From a virus (Duplodnaviria > Heunggongvirae > Uroviricota > Caudoviricetes): DNA of 64,000 nt. Below are positions 1 through 10,783 of the stretch, in pieces; the stretch's first letter is position 1; every line of letters starts with the position of its first letter. The notes under the pieces were generated by a model. It ran no database searches and had not been told where the DNA came from. It worked only from the letters and a program-made list of their open reading frames with translations. A program made the translations under genes and the position numbers. Where the stretch lies: IMG/VR virus record IMGVR_UViG_3300034157_000066; one strand, 5' to 3'.

Positions 1-396
1 TGTTGTGGAAATAAAGTTCTTATTAATGGCCCTATTTATCTTTTAATACATGATGAAGAAGCCAAATATTGTTCTATAAAACTTTTCGATAGTTTAGAAG
101 ATTTTCAAGCTAATACTTTTTTTTATGATCAAGATTACCTCGACATACGACATGCAGAATGGGAAAAAGAGTGGGATGCTGCACAAGAAAAACTTAGACA
201 AGACCCAAATCACATTCCACACTGCAGTATTCATATTACTGAATTTATAAAACAGTTAGGTAAGCCAAGGGTCGATCAGAAATATAATAAATCTGGTGAA
301 TACCAGTTAACACAAGCTTATATTGATGGTTCAATTACCAAAGAAGAATTTATATTACTGGGCGATATTACAGAGACTTATGCTAGCTTGCAATGA
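1..396 (+). CDS. SUKH/SMI1-like family A protein, 5'-truncated by window edge
   Basis: Frame 1 reads CCGNKVLINGPIYLLIHDEE...KLFDSLEDF...QAYIDGSITKEEFILL to TGA at 394-396; clear paralog of 10905-12970 and 15144. Confidence 0.8.
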   Translation, partial: CCGNKVLINGPIYLLIHDEEAKYCSIKLFDSLEDFQANTFFYDQDYLDIRHAEWEKEWDAAQEKLRQDPNHIPHCSIHITEFIKQLGKPRVDQKYNKSGEYQLTQAYIDGSITKEEFILLGDITETYASLQ

Positions 397-465
397 TTTA
401 TTTGAATTTAAATACATATAATGTAAAATACTATTATATTAACATGGTTTTTGTGAAGGCTTAAA

Positions 466-1077
466 ATGACATTGATTGTAACAGGAATGATTGGCGAATA
501 TGCTTTTATAGCAGCGGACAGAAAAAGACCCCCTGTTTATGATTTGAAAAAAACAAAAACGGAATCCAGAATATTAAGGGTGAATAATGTTTTTCTTGTT
601 GGCTCTTGTAATATAGATATAGCAAAAAAATACAACAAATATTTTTCAAAAATCGCTAAAAACAATCCCGATGATCTAACTGACAAAGCTCTCCATTTAA
701 AGTATTTTGAAGCAATGTCAGATTGTGAACGTGTCAACTATTTTCTTTTGTTCAGAACTACATCTAATCAAATCTATCATACGTTGTATTCTCAAACTGG
801 TGAGACTTCTCATGAAGTTCATACACTTAATATGCGTAAAGATCGTAATGATGTTTTTTGTCTTATTCCACCATTTGATTTGGATGGTGAAGCTGTTCAA
901 GATAGATTAAATTATCTAGTTTCTATAATGCCCGATAAATCATTAAATTCTATTACTAATGTACTTAAACAATTATATACTGAATGTAGTCATATTTCTC
1001 CGTTTGTTATGTCCGGCTTTCATTTCGCTGTCTTACATCAAACAGAACCTGATGTATTCAAGTTTATTGACAATTAA
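466..1077 (+). CDS. putative Ntn-hydrolase (HslV/proteasome beta-like) peptidase
   Basis: N-terminus MTLIV...IAADR resembles Thr1-nucleophile Ntn peptidases; similarity by eye only. Confidence 0.45.
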   Translation: MTLIVTGMIGEYAFIAADRKRPPVYDLKKTKTESRILRVNNVFLVGSCNIDIAKKYNKYFSKIAKNNPDDLTDKALHLKYFEAMSDCERVNYFLLFRTTSNQIYHTLYSQTGETSHEVHTLNMRKDRNDVFCLIPPFDLDGEAVQDRLNYLVSIMPDKSLNSITNVLKQLYTECSHISPFVMSGFHFAVLHQTEPDVFKFIDN

Positions 1078-1157
1078 GTCAATATTTAAAATCAACTAAC
1101 TTTAAATAAGTTTGCTTTATGTTATAATGATAATATCGAATAATATTGCAAAAAATC

Positions 1158-2999
1158 ATGACATTAAGAGACAACTTAAGAACAATTTCATTATTAAAAC
1201 ATTTACGATTTACTGATACTGTAAGGGATAACACCTTTGGAAATACGTACTTAAACTATAATGAAATGACTTTTATCCCCTATTTACATAATAATAAAGC
1301 CAACAGAGTTGTTACTAAAGGTCCATCTATTAAGGATTCAATTGACAAAGTGGCTGTCTTTATAAAAACTATACAAGAAACTGATCTTAACTCGTTAACT
1401 ACGCCGTTCGACGTTAATAAGTATTCATCCAGTATTGCTATCAATGTTAACGATAATAAAAACATTAGTTCGCACACATCATTACAAGCTGAAATCAATG
1501 GAGCTTGGATTGACTTCTACTGTTATGGTCAAGATAAATCAGTGAAAAAAGATCCATCTGCCATTAACAAATTTGAAGATCAACGTGAACTCATCAATCA
1601 AGTGGCAAAAGATTTAGATGCTAAACACAATGAATTCAACCGTTTTCTTTTGTTTTACTACACTTTGTCTGAACAACTACCTAAATCCATGTTACATGAA
1701 GAAGACCGATTGTATGTTGTGGCTTCGATCAATAAGTATGCAGAACAAATGCCTGATATTAACGAATTGACATCCTTATATGAGCAATACAATGATTTAA
1801 ATGCGGCATTATTGAAAGACATTAAAGAAAACTTGATAGCACTCAATCCAGACACTTTCGTTACAAAGGCTGATGCTTTCATTGCCAAAGAATTACAACA
1901 TCAAGAAAACAATTCAGTCGAGAATTTTTTGGCTACAAAAATGTTCTCAGATCAGTTGCTTGCCACAGTCGAGTTCACGGCAGCTCAAAAAATAGAGAAA
2001 GCCTTCGTATTTGATGATAACAGTATTGCCTACAAACGAAACAACCAGTATCACACCATCAAGGACAATGATGGACTCGCTGCATTCATCAGTGATATTC
2101 ACCATGAAGGATTAGCCTTCATGCTCAGAAAAAAGCCTAAAACTATAAGCTTCTTCCAGACCAAATTGAAAGAAGATTCTGAATATGGCAACTCTATCAA
2201 AGCAGCCTCTTCTTTCTTAGAACATTCTCAAATATTAAAGCAATACAACTTTGATTTAAACAGCTTTGCTGATAAGAGTTTTGAATTGATTGATGACACC
2301 ATTAACAACTTGGTCTACAAGAACAAAATTAAACAGTTCGCTTATAGTATTTTGAGTGCTAAATATAAACACCACTTCAATGAAGAGACTGAACCTTATT
2401 TCAAAGCACTTTTTGATAACGATGTGACAACTTCACAGTTACAAACATTTGTGGGTAAAAAATTAGCAGCAATTAATTCAAACGAAGATGTAATTTCTAT
2501 GTTGAATGGCATTCTTAATCATGTGGATGGCTTTACTCAAGAGGCATTAACTGAGAAGTTAGAATCATTCGGTATACAAAAAATTCATGATGCTAATAAT
2601 GTGGTCACATTTGAAGTGACAGATTATGAACAATGTAAAGCATTAGGCACAACCTCTTGGTGTATTGTTCGTGATGAAGATTATTTCGATCAGTATGTGA
2701 CGGACAGAAAAAACAATCAATACATTATTTACGATTTCAATAAATTATCAACCGACATTGAGTCAATGGTTGGATTTACAGTGGATAAGACTGGTAATGT
2801 TTATGCTGAACACTGGAAGGATGACTCTGCGATAGGCCGCTACAACAAAGCAGATAGCCTTGTTGCTATCCAGACAGATACTATTTACAAAAATCAGAAC
2901 CGACATACACTATCAGAAGAAACTATTGCTGATATGGAAGATATTCTTGGTATTAAGAATGTCAAACAAACTAAACATTTAAAAATGAGATTTTCATGA
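1158..2999 (+). CDS. hypothetical protein with PcfJ-like WC motif and basic C-terminal tail
   Basis: Long ORF; LGTTSWCIVRDEDYFDQY motif; ends KQTKHLKMRFS; ATG 1158 chosen over TTG 1146. Confidence 0.7.
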   Translation: MTLRDNLRTISLLKHLRFTDTVRDNTFGNTYLNYNEMTFIPYLHNNKANRVVTKGPSIKDSIDKVAVFIKTIQETDLNSLTTPFDVNKYSSSIAINVNDNKNISSHTSLQAEINGAWIDFYCYGQDKSVKKDPSAINKFEDQRELINQVAKDLDAKHNEFNRFLLFYYTLSEQLPKSMLHEEDRLYVVASINKYAEQMPDINELTSLYEQYNDLNAALLKDIKENLIALNPDTFVTKADAFIAKELQHQENNSVENFLATKMFSDQLLATVEFTAAQKIEKAFVFDDNSIAYKRNNQYHTIKDNDGLAAFISDIHHEGLAFMLRKKPKTISFFQTKLKEDSEYGNSIKAASSFLEHSQILKQYNFDLNSFADKSFELIDDTINNLVYKNKIKQFAYSILSAKYKHHFNEETEPYFKALFDNDVTTSQLQTFVGKKLAAINSNEDVISMLNGILNHVDGFTQEALTEKLESFGIQKIHDANNVVTFEVTDYEQCKALGTTSWCIVRDEDYFDQYVTDRKNNQYIIYDFNKLSTDIESMVGFTVDKTGNVYAEHWKDDSAIGRYNKADSLVAIQTDTIYKNQNRHTLSEETIADMEDILGIKNVKQTKHLKMRFS

Positions 3000-4381
3000 A
3001 AAAAGCAACTAAAGAAGAATTTATAGACTTATTAAATGATTTCAAATCAAAAAACAACATTGAAGATAACCGCTTTGATTATTATGCCACTTTCAAGTTC
3101 TATAAATCAACATTTCTTGATAATTTCTATGATATGTCGCTGGTTAAAACCGATTCTGATGAGCACCCTATTATGATTAGTCACTCTAACCGCAATTTAT
3201 TGGTTATGGACGATGAAAGTCATAAATTTATGGAGTTTGACTCACCTAATCGCCCAGAATTTGTTCCCATTATTAAAGACAAAAATATTGAACAGATACA
3301 GGAACTCATGAACATATTGGATGACAGCCGCAGCTTTAAAGAATTCGTAGAACCTGCATTCAAATTTTTAGATAATCTTAACAATTTTTCAAAGCTTGCA
3401 AAAGGTGTTTCCTCTATTAAAATTATAGAACTGTTTGATGGTTTAAAAGAGGCATTGAGTAAAGAAGTTGTCAGTGAAACATCACTTCGTCATTACCTTG
3501 ACGGATTAATTGATCAGTTAGCCACTTCATTATACATCGGGAATGAACTCACCACTTATCAGTTGACTCATTTGTTTAGAATTAGGACTACGGAAGATCC
3601 TGACACCATTATGAATACTTTATATGAACGCTTTGATAAATATTTCGATTTATTTAAAATTCAGCAATCGTTGATTATTGGTAGACTCTTAAATGCTGAA
3701 ACAGAAGCCGAAGTACTCAACAAGCCATTGCTTAATCAGTTCATAGAAGAAGCCAAGATAACCCACCCAGAATGGTTTAAGTCGTTTGATGAATCGTTAA
3801 CCCACTGTATGACCGATGACAACGCTATCAGGTTCTCAGGTGTTCCTTTGGCGACTGCTACGGCTGACTTTGACCTTATTGAGCCTAAATCTTTTATGGC
3901 GACTGCCTACCCAAGCTATACTGATGGGTATTCTCATATTTCTAATAGATTTATTGAAGCTGAATTAAACTTTGTTCATTTGTATGGGGACAATGTTTTC
4001 TTTAAAGCTTACTATCACAATCTCCATATAGAGACAGAAAACAAATTGACTTATTGCAAGGGTGTGGATTCTGATGTGGCATTTTGTATCAAGAACTCAG
4101 ATAGACAAGCATTCGTATTGCCAGTACTGGATTACTTGGATAAAAACAATATTATTATCGATCTATCAAAAGACAGTACTCTTTATCATTATATTAATAA
4201 GGAGGACTTAGTGGAACTTGTTAAAGCTGAGTATCCTAATCTTATTTTAATCCATCATGATTTAGGGTTTAAAAAGATAGGAGCCATTTTTCAATCGAAG
4301 TCATTCCAAGAGGCATTGGACAACTATCATAAAGATGAGCCAACATTGATTAAACCGCTTAAAAACAAACCTACATTTTAA
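2996..4381 (+). CDS. hypothetical protein, basic C-terminal tail
   Basis: 461 aa; ATGA overlap with upstream gene; ends LIKPLKNKPTF. Confidence 0.8.
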   Translation: MKKATKEEFIDLLNDFKSKNNIEDNRFDYYATFKFYKSTFLDNFYDMSLVKTDSDEHPIMISHSNRNLLVMDDESHKFMEFDSPNRPEFVPIIKDKNIEQIQELMNILDDSRSFKEFVEPAFKFLDNLNNFSKLAKGVSSIKIIELFDGLKEALSKEVVSETSLRHYLDGLIDQLATSLYIGNELTTYQLTHLFRIRTTEDPDTIMNTLYERFDKYFDLFKIQQSLIIGRLLNAETEAEVLNKPLLNQFIEEAKITHPEWFKSFDESLTHCMTDDNAIRFSGVPLATATADFDLIEPKSFMATAYPSYTDGYSHISNRFIEAELNFVHLYGDNVFFKAYYHNLHIETENKLTYCKGVDSDVAFCIKNSDRQAFVLPVLDYLDKNNIIIDLSKDSTLYHYINKEDLVELVKAEYPNLILIHHDLGFKKIGAIFQSKSFQEALDNYHKDEPTLIKPLKNKPTF

Positions 4382-4384
4382 ATT

Positions 4385-4810
4385 ATGTTGAAAGATCTAA
4401 TTAAGAAATACTCACTGGATGTCGATTTGTATTTTTCAGAATTGATTGATGTCATCATTTACTATGATTTAAATGAAATGGATGATTCAGCTTATGAAAT
4501 CGTTGGATTTATTGAAGAACTTAATAATAATAGAATATTTGAATTACTTTTAAGCGATTTAAGGAACCGAAAATCCAGTGACTTTCATGTTTATTTTTAC
4601 TGTAAACTATGGTGGGCATTAATCTATGAGCAGAATGAAAAGATTATTAATAGGATTGTTAAAGCAGTTAAAGAAAATAACAATATTATGCTCCATGACT
4701 TCTTAATTCAATCTTTGAAACAGGTAAATGATATTGATGATGACGATGATGTTGAAAATACAAATAAATTATACATAGAAGCAATTTTAGAAAAAATACA
4801 TAAAATTTGA
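4385..4810 (+). CDS. acidic immunity-like protein (paralog of 5741-6175)
   Basis: Shares LIDxIxYYD, FELLLSDLxNRKxSDF and YFYCxLWxALIxEQ with 5741. Confidence 0.7.
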   Translation: MLKDLIKKYSLDVDLYFSELIDVIIYYDLNEMDDSAYEIVGFIEELNNNRIFELLLSDLRNRKSSDFHVYFYCKLWWALIYEQNEKIINRIVKAVKENNNIMLHDFLIQSLKQVNDIDDDDDVENTNKLYIEAILEKIHKI

Positions 4811-4818
4811 GGTTAAAA

Positions 4819-5643
4819 ATGATTAATATAAAAAAGGTTGCAAAGAAACTAAATTTAACAATTAAAGATAGTGATATTTTAATTTTTAAAAATTTACAGG
4901 CTGGCAATATTTCTAGTGATCCTATTTCTTATATCTTTGATGATTATCCTGACTCCGTTGTATTCAAAGAAATTTACAGTACAGAAAAAATTATAACAGA
5001 AACATTTGAATATAATGAAAAATTAATAGATTCTGACATTCCATTAATTCCAACGCATTGCTTTATTTTGGGTGAAGATATTGGTAATGATCCTATTATC
5101 TATAACTCTATTACAGGACAACTATTGTTTGCTTGTGAACTTACTTGGTATGAGCCAGTTGAAATACTTAATACAATAGAAAGGCTTCCAGAACTTTTAA
5201 AAGCTGTTAGTGATTTTGATTATTTTGCTGTAATTAATAAAATTGAATTAAGTAAATTTAATTTATCTGACATTGATTCTTTATTAGCTTCTTTGAATAT
5301 AATAAAAACTGATGAACTGGTTCATTTTCTTTTGTCCTTAAATGTAGGAACAATGGGGGAGCGTAAATATTTTAAATACTTTCAAAATGGCACAGAATTA
5401 CAAACATTTATATCTTTAATTTATAGTAAATCTTTAATAATTGAAAAAACAAAAAAATACAGAAATAATACATTAAATTCGCCCTTTATAATTTCTGGAA
5501 CTCGTAAATTTTTAGTGTTTGGTGAAGAAATTGGTGGTTTTTCTATTGGATTAGATTTAAAAACTTATTCTATTTTCATAATTGAATATGAACCGACTCT
5601 TGCATTTAAAGATATTAATAGTTTCTTGAATTTTGTTAATTAA
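4819..5643 (+). CDS. tandem SUKH/SMI1-KNR4-like domain protein
   Basis: Two motifs ILGEDIGNDPIIYNS..GQL and VFGEEIGGFSIGLDL...FKDINSFL; GAGG RBS before ATG 4819. Confidence 0.6.
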   Translation: MINIKKVAKKLNLTIKDSDILIFKNLQAGNISSDPISYIFDDYPDSVVFKEIYSTEKIITETFEYNEKLIDSDIPLIPTHCFILGEDIGNDPIIYNSITGQLLFACELTWYEPVEILNTIERLPELLKAVSDFDYFAVINKIELSKFNLSDIDSLLASLNIIKTDELVHFLLSLNVGTMGERKYFKYFQNGTELQTFISLIYSKSLIIEKTKKYRNNTLNSPFIISGTRKFLVFGEEIGGFSIGLDLKTYSIFIIEYEPTLAFKDINSFLNFVN

Positions 5644-5740
5644 CTATGATTTCTGTTGTTGAATTTAAAGGTGACTTCTTTTCATTATCAAGATATGAAA
5701 TAATTACATCAAACTTTGTATAAAAAATTATAGGTGAAAC

Positions 5741-6175
5741 ATGAAAAAACCAAATGAAAAACAAATCAAAAAACATTTATTGAATGTCGATGAACATTTT
5801 CATGGTTTGATTGATGCTATTGTGTATTATGATTCAAAAGGCATGGATGATTGGGCTACTGATATTATTGGAGCGATTGAGGGAAAATCTCTTGTTGAAA
5901 CATTTGAATTACTATTAAGTGATTTAAAAAATAGAAAAAAAAGTGATTTTGATGCTTATTTTTATTGCACTCTTTGGTTGGCTCTCATTAATGAGCAAGA
6001 TGAAGAAATTACAAACATGTTTATTCATGAAATTAAAGAAGAAAAAAATAAAGATCTTCAATATTTTTTAAGTTATTCTCTTGAAAAAATGGAAAAAGAT
6101 CCTGACCCTGATGCTGAGTTTGTTGACGTTGACACCGTTGCTTACATAAAAAATATTTTAGATCAATCTATTTAA
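5741..6175 (+). CDS. acidic immunity-like protein (paralog of 4385-4810)
   Basis: Paralogy as above; AGGTG RBS. Confidence 0.7.
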   Translation: MKKPNEKQIKKHLLNVDEHFHGLIDAIVYYDSKGMDDWATDIIGAIEGKSLVETFELLLSDLKNRKKSDFDAYFYCTLWLALINEQDEEITNMFIHEIKEEKNKDLQYFLSYSLEKMEKDPDPDAEFVDVDTVAYIKNILDQSI

Positions 6176-6235
6176 AAGTTAATGATTTATCTAGTGATTT
6201 ATGATATAATGCTTTTTCTAATGAAGAGGTTTTTT

Positions 6236-6637
6236 ATGAAATTTGAGCTAACTCCTGTTGAGCAAGATATTGCTCCACGTTTTGAAATCAATATTGAATA
6301 CATTCATGGTGCTACTGACTATACTGTACGTCATGACACAGCTATTGTTCCAAGTGGAGATTTAAACGATCTCGAAAAATACATAGCTCGCTTTAATGAA
6401 CTTAGAGACATGGTTGAAGCAAACCGATCAGAAGGCGTTGAATATCCAGTAGAGTACAGAGCCGACTTTGAAGATTACTTCGCCAGTTTTGATGTTGACG
6501 GTCTTGATAATGTTTCCATTGATTTAATTAATGATGAAACCAATGATGACTTTGATTGTTTTGCCCGAATGGCTATCAATAAAATTGTTTACTACAATGA
6601 ACATGGTGTTAAGTTTGATGTAAAATGGACAGATTGA
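6236..6637 (+). CDS. hypothetical acidic protein
   Basis: GAGG RBS before ATG 6236; upstream TATAAT. Confidence 0.8.
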   Translation: MKFELTPVEQDIAPRFEINIEYIHGATDYTVRHDTAIVPSGDLNDLEKYIARFNELRDMVEANRSEGVEYPVEYRADFEDYFASFDVDGLDNVSIDLINDETNDDFDCFARMAINKIVYYNEHGVKFDVKWTD

Positions 6638-6704
6638 CTTAACAACACAATTCAGTCTATAATGCCAGCAGGATTTTTACTATTAGAATGAAGGTGACGA
6701 CATA

Positions 6705-7664
6705 ATGTTCGCAGACTATATCGAAAATATTCAATACGCATCTTCCGATTACAGGAAGCGTGATCGATTTCTTGTTAAAAATGTCGTTATCCAACTTCCT
6801 TATTTGTCTCCAAAACATTTCGTTGACTACTCCACAAATCCTTCAAAAGTTTTAGAAGAATTTATGAAGCCTAATCTCGAATCTCCTAGTGAGTATCTAT
6901 TCTTTTCAGATTTTATAAGCAAAGATTCCGTTTACACTATTTATAAGATAAAAAGAGAACATTCGATTGCTGCACTTACAGATTATCTTGAGGAAACCTT
7001 TCAAACAGCTAAGCAGGATGACTTGATCATTCGAACACAATTGTCAGCTTCTTTCGAAAAAATTTTTGATGGTTTATTTGTTGGGGAAACCTTTAAAAAC
7101 CGATTTCTGAGTGATTTAAAGACGAAAAGCGTTTCTACTGATTTTTCTGTTTCTGGGTCTTTATCCCCTGAACGATTTATTATAAAATCGGGTCATTATT
7201 TTGTGAATATAAATATTAGGTTTACTCCAGAACATGAATCTTTTTTAAGAAAAGTTTTAAACATAACCACCAATGTTGAACTCTTATATAGAGGTTATGT
7301 ATACTTTAATTCTGATTACACTGTAAAAGAGTTTCAATTTAAATTGTTTTCATCCACTGATCTTCATCATGAACATTTTGAGTATACTCGAAAATCATTT
7401 TCATATGGGTTTATTACCACTGAAAAAAGAGCAAAGCCTTATGCCTACGATCAAAAGCCTAAATTATTTTTCAAGGTCTTTAATTCAGATGAGTATAAAT
7501 CCACCTTATATCAACTTCTAAAATTTCAGAATGATTCAGAAACGCTTACCAAATATTCAGAATTATTTCCAGAACTGTATAGGCCATCGGCTTATGACTT
7601 CTCTACTCTATCTATGGATGATTGGGATACTCGTTTGATTCTTCAAGACATGATTGATATTTAA
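6705..7664 (+). CDS. PSAYDF-family protein with C-terminal DMxxI tag
   Basis: Ends FPELYRPSAYDF...LILQDMIDI; C-terminus shared with 13667 and 22800. Confidence 0.8.
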   Translation: MFADYIENIQYASSDYRKRDRFLVKNVVIQLPYLSPKHFVDYSTNPSKVLEEFMKPNLESPSEYLFFSDFISKDSVYTIYKIKREHSIAALTDYLEETFQTAKQDDLIIRTQLSASFEKIFDGLFVGETFKNRFLSDLKTKSVSTDFSVSGSLSPERFIIKSGHYFVNINIRFTPEHESFLRKVLNITTNVELLYRGYVYFNSDYTVKEFQFKLFSSTDLHHEHFEYTRKSFSYGFITTEKRAKPYAYDQKPKLFFKVFNSDEYKSTLYQLLKFQNDSETLTKYSELFPELYRPSAYDFSTLSMDDWDTRLILQDMIDI

Positions 7665-7717
7665 TGATTATATAATTCATTACTATTAAATAACAAAGAA
7701 AGAGGCTTCTGCCTCTT

Positions 7718-8821
7718 TTATTTTATTTTTATAATCCTTGCGTCATAACGGCTTTTCTGATCATCTGGATCTTCCCCATATATAATATCTTCATTTAAAA
7801 ACTTTGAATGGCATATAAATTCATCATTTACTTGAATTTTTTTAATGTTTTCTTCTACTTCTAATAATAATTCATTATTTAAATCATCTAAACATTTTCC
7901 ATAAGAACTTTTTTTATTGATATTATTAAATCTAATTCTCATAAAATCTCTTAACTTTTCGACCTGTTCATATTTAATTCGTCTTACATCATCTAATATG
8001 TTTTTGTCTATCTCATCTAAATGTTTGTGGATATATTTTATTTTAATTGGTGATATTGTTGATATATCACGATATTCATCTTCGGTAACATCTGTATTAT
8101 TACAAAAATTTAATAATCTAAAACCGTTTCGTTTACTTAATCGAATGAAATCATAAAAATGCCAATTAGATTTTTCATATTTTTCGCTGTTATTTCTTTT
8201 AAGTTTTATAATGTCTGCTGTAATTACATTTATATATTTTTCAAATGGAGTGTCTTTTTGTAAACTATTCATTAAGTGTTGTTCAACTACATTTATTTTA
8301 TCAGCATGTGTTTCATTATATTTTATTATATTCTTATAATCTTCGCCATCTATCAGAGATGATGCTTCTTTAATTATTTTTTCATCGTTTGTATTAATAA
8401 TGAATGACGATTTATATAAATCCTCAAATTTATGAAATAGTTCAAATTTTATCTCTATTTGATAATGATAGTTATACATTTTTTTCATCTCTGCTATTTC
8501 TAATATATCAGCATCATTGAATAAGTTTATATTGTCTATGAACAAAAAAGGTAAGTTATATCTTATATAATAAAAAATGAAAGATTTTATTATACTTTTA
8601 TTTTTTTCTAAGTCTTCATTTTGAACTAATATATTCATAAAACCAAATAGCTTCAGTGTGTGATGTTGGATAATAAATTCATTTAAGTCCATTTCTTTAA
8701 TAACAGGAACAACTTTTGAAAAATCTAGTAATCTTGTAAAATGTTCACTATGATCATTTAATAATCTTGCTTCCATTGAAAATGTTTCTTTTATTTTTTT
8801 TAACATCATTTTAATATTCAT
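7718..8821 (-). CDS. hypothetical very AT-rich protein
   Basis: Long ORF; GGAG RBS favours ATG 8821 over 8833. Confidence 0.75.
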   Translation of the reverse strand: MNIKMMLKKIKETFSMEARLLNDHSEHFTRLLDFSKVVPVIKEMDLNEFIIQHHTLKLFGFMNILVQNEDLEKNKSIIKSFIFYYIRYNLPFLFIDNINLFNDADILEIAEMKKMYNYHYQIEIKFELFHKFEDLYKSSFIINTNDEKIIKEASSLIDGEDYKNIIKYNETHADKINVVEQHLMNSLQKDTPFEKYINVITADIIKLKRNNSEKYEKSNWHFYDFIRLSKRNGFRLLNFCNNTDVTEDEYRDISTISPIKIKYIHKHLDEIDKNILDDVRRIKYEQVEKLRDFMRIRFNNINKKSSYGKCLDDLNNELLLEVEENIKKIQVNDEFICHSKFLNEDIIYGEDPDDQKSRYDARIIKIK

Positions 8822-8962
8822 ATGCACTCCCATTATTTACTAAATTAGTATACTTGCTCTAATATTCAAGTCAATGTGATTAAGTGTCTTTATATATGAT
8901 AGTTTTTAATGAATCTTTGTTAACTATTCAGATAAGTGGTAGAGTTCGAAATCCTTAATTTA

Positions 8963-8991
8963 TTGACGTGATGTTGTTGTTTTAGTATACT
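8963..8991 (+). promoter_or_regulatory. sigma70-type promoter
   Basis: TTGACG-17 bp-TATACT upstream of 9018. Confidence 0.8.
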
Positions 8992-9017
8992 TCAGCAAAT
9001 TATTAGAGGTGTCAACT

Positions 9018-9794
9018 ATGCAAACAACCAAGAGAGCGTCATTTTATACTGATATTTCAAAGCAGCAAGAATTCATAGCCCGGTTGAATGCGATTCTAAA
9101 TGAACCTGACAGCAGTATTTCAAACTGTTACCTCACTCGTTCGACATCTGATCGCTATTGTTTGTTTATTACGCCTTTTAATGCTCAGTATGACTTTACG
9201 ACCATCACGTTTGATTTTTGCAACTTCTTTTCAAACTCTCCAGTCAAAGATGACGCCTTCTACAATCGGTATGTGGATCAAGGTCTTTCAAAAGCTGATG
9301 TTGATCGCCTAAGTGATTTGCTGGATGAATTCGCCTTTGATAACTCCTATGAAGGTCTGTTCTTTGCTTCTAAGTTCTTTGAGCCTGAATTGAACCCGTT
9401 AAAGGTTAATAGCATCTATTTCAAGTTTACTGCCAATGAAGAAGATCGCCTTGAAATGATCGATGGTAAAAAACTTGAAAAACATTATTCGGTGGCTAAC
9501 CGTCAAAATCTGGCTTATGAATTGAGCCGAGATAACAGCATTGATTTGAATGCTAACCTCATCAAGTGTAATACCTACAGCTTCTCACAATACAAAAAAT
9601 TGGATTTCTGCCTGAAGGAAATCAAGAAAAATAATGGTAACTATCCAGTTATAGAAAAATTCGTTGTTGTTCAGTATCGTGATCTTGAATACTACAATAG
9701 CTATATTCAGAGTGTTTTTGCACTTGTTGATGATGAGTTGGTTGAAGTTGACATTAAAGACATTGTAAACACTGCAGAAGCAGAAGAAGACTAA
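9018..9794 (+). CDS. hypothetical protein
   Basis: GAGG RBS, strong promoter; ATG 9018. Confidence 0.8.
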   Translation: MQTTKRASFYTDISKQQEFIARLNAILNEPDSSISNCYLTRSTSDRYCLFITPFNAQYDFTTITFDFCNFFSNSPVKDDAFYNRYVDQGLSKADVDRLSDLLDEFAFDNSYEGLFFASKFFEPELNPLKVNSIYFKFTANEEDRLEMIDGKKLEKHYSVANRQNLAYELSRDNSIDLNANLIKCNTYSFSQYKKLDFCLKEIKKNNGNYPVIEKFVVVQYRDLEYYNSYIQSVFALVDDELVEVDIKDIVNTAEAEED

Positions 9795-9815
9795 TATTAA
9801 TTATAGGAGATACAC

Positions 9816-10019
9816 ATGAGCAATAAACTGATTTACATTGTTAACTATTTAAATGCACATAAGCAAGATTCTACTAAAATTCCTGAGCATACTCGACGGG
9901 CAATGGTAGTCAGCTCTATTGTAACCATTTCTCCAACTGAAAATGATAATGTTCTTTTGTTGAATGAAAAGTTCTATGTTCTTAAAGTTGATTTATGCCA
10001 GTTTTTTGAATATCAGTAA
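9816..10019 (+). CDS. hypothetical protein
   Basis: AGGAG RBS, operonic position. Confidence 0.7.
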   Translation: MSNKLIYIVNYLNAHKQDSTKIPEHTRRAMVVSSIVTISPTENDNVLLLNEKFYVLKVDLCQFFEYQ

Positions 10020-10066
10020 CTCAACAACTCATTGATCTTAAAATTTTACAAAAACCTAACGAGAGG

Positions 10067-10417
10067 ATGAACCTGATGAACCTTAAAAATGATTTTTACT
10101 ACACCGTACTTAAAGATACCGAAAACGATGACATTGTTCTTCATATGGTGACCAAGAAAACATGGGATACTGAAGCTCTTATGGATCATCCTGATTTCTT
10201 GGAAGAATATTCTAGACAATTTACGTTGCCGGGATACATCTTTGAAGTGTCAGGTATGAATGGTGATGATTGTCTTGATATCGTTGACCGTGTAGATGGG
10301 AAACCAGTCGATGGTCAGCAATTGTTGAATGATTTGAAATCGAATGGCTATACAGTCAATGATGATTTTGGTAAACATCTTGAACATTCATCCGATGGCT
10401 ATTTCGTAAAAGTATAA
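10067..10417 (+). CDS. hypothetical acidic protein
   Basis: GAGG RBS; followed by terminator. Confidence 0.75.
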   Translation: MNLMNLKNDFYYTVLKDTENDDIVLHMVTKKTWDTEALMDHPDFLEEYSRQFTLPGYIFEVSGMNGDDCLDIVDRVDGKPVDGQQLLNDLKSNGYTVNDDFGKHLEHSSDGYFVKV

Positions 10418-10438
10418 AAAGAGGCTCCGGCCTCTTTT

Positions 10439-10783
10439 TTAATGCCCGCTTGTTTTAGAGAACATGTTGATGATAATGACACCTGTCACAATGAACGCAA
10501 TCCCCGTCATCGCTGGCACATCTATTTTCTGGTTAAATACAAATAGCCCTATTATTGCAGTTGCAACGATACCCACACCAGCCCATATAGCGTAAGCAAT
10601 GCCCAATGGAACGACTTTAAGGGATTGTGATAGACAATATAAGGAAGTCACAAAAAAGACCGCCATAAAGGCCGTAGGAATGAGCTTGCTGAACTGTTCG
10701 CTTTTGTTTAATAAGGTGGTTCCGATAAGTTCGCAGATAATTGCAGAAGTTAAATAGAGGTATGCTACATAGATTGGATTCAT
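10439..10783 (-). CDS. emrE: SMR family (EmrE/QacE-type) small multidrug efflux transporter
   Basis: Four TM segments; conserved TM1 Glu (ICELIGTTL), PLGIAYAIWAGVG and C-terminal His, as in EmrE. Confidence 0.9.
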   Translation of the reverse strand: MNPIYVAYLYLTSAIICELIGTTLLNKSEQFSKLIPTAFMAVFFVTSLYCLSQSLKVVPLGIAYAIWAGVGIVATAIIGLFVFNQKIDVPAMTGIAFIVTGVIIINMFSKTSGH

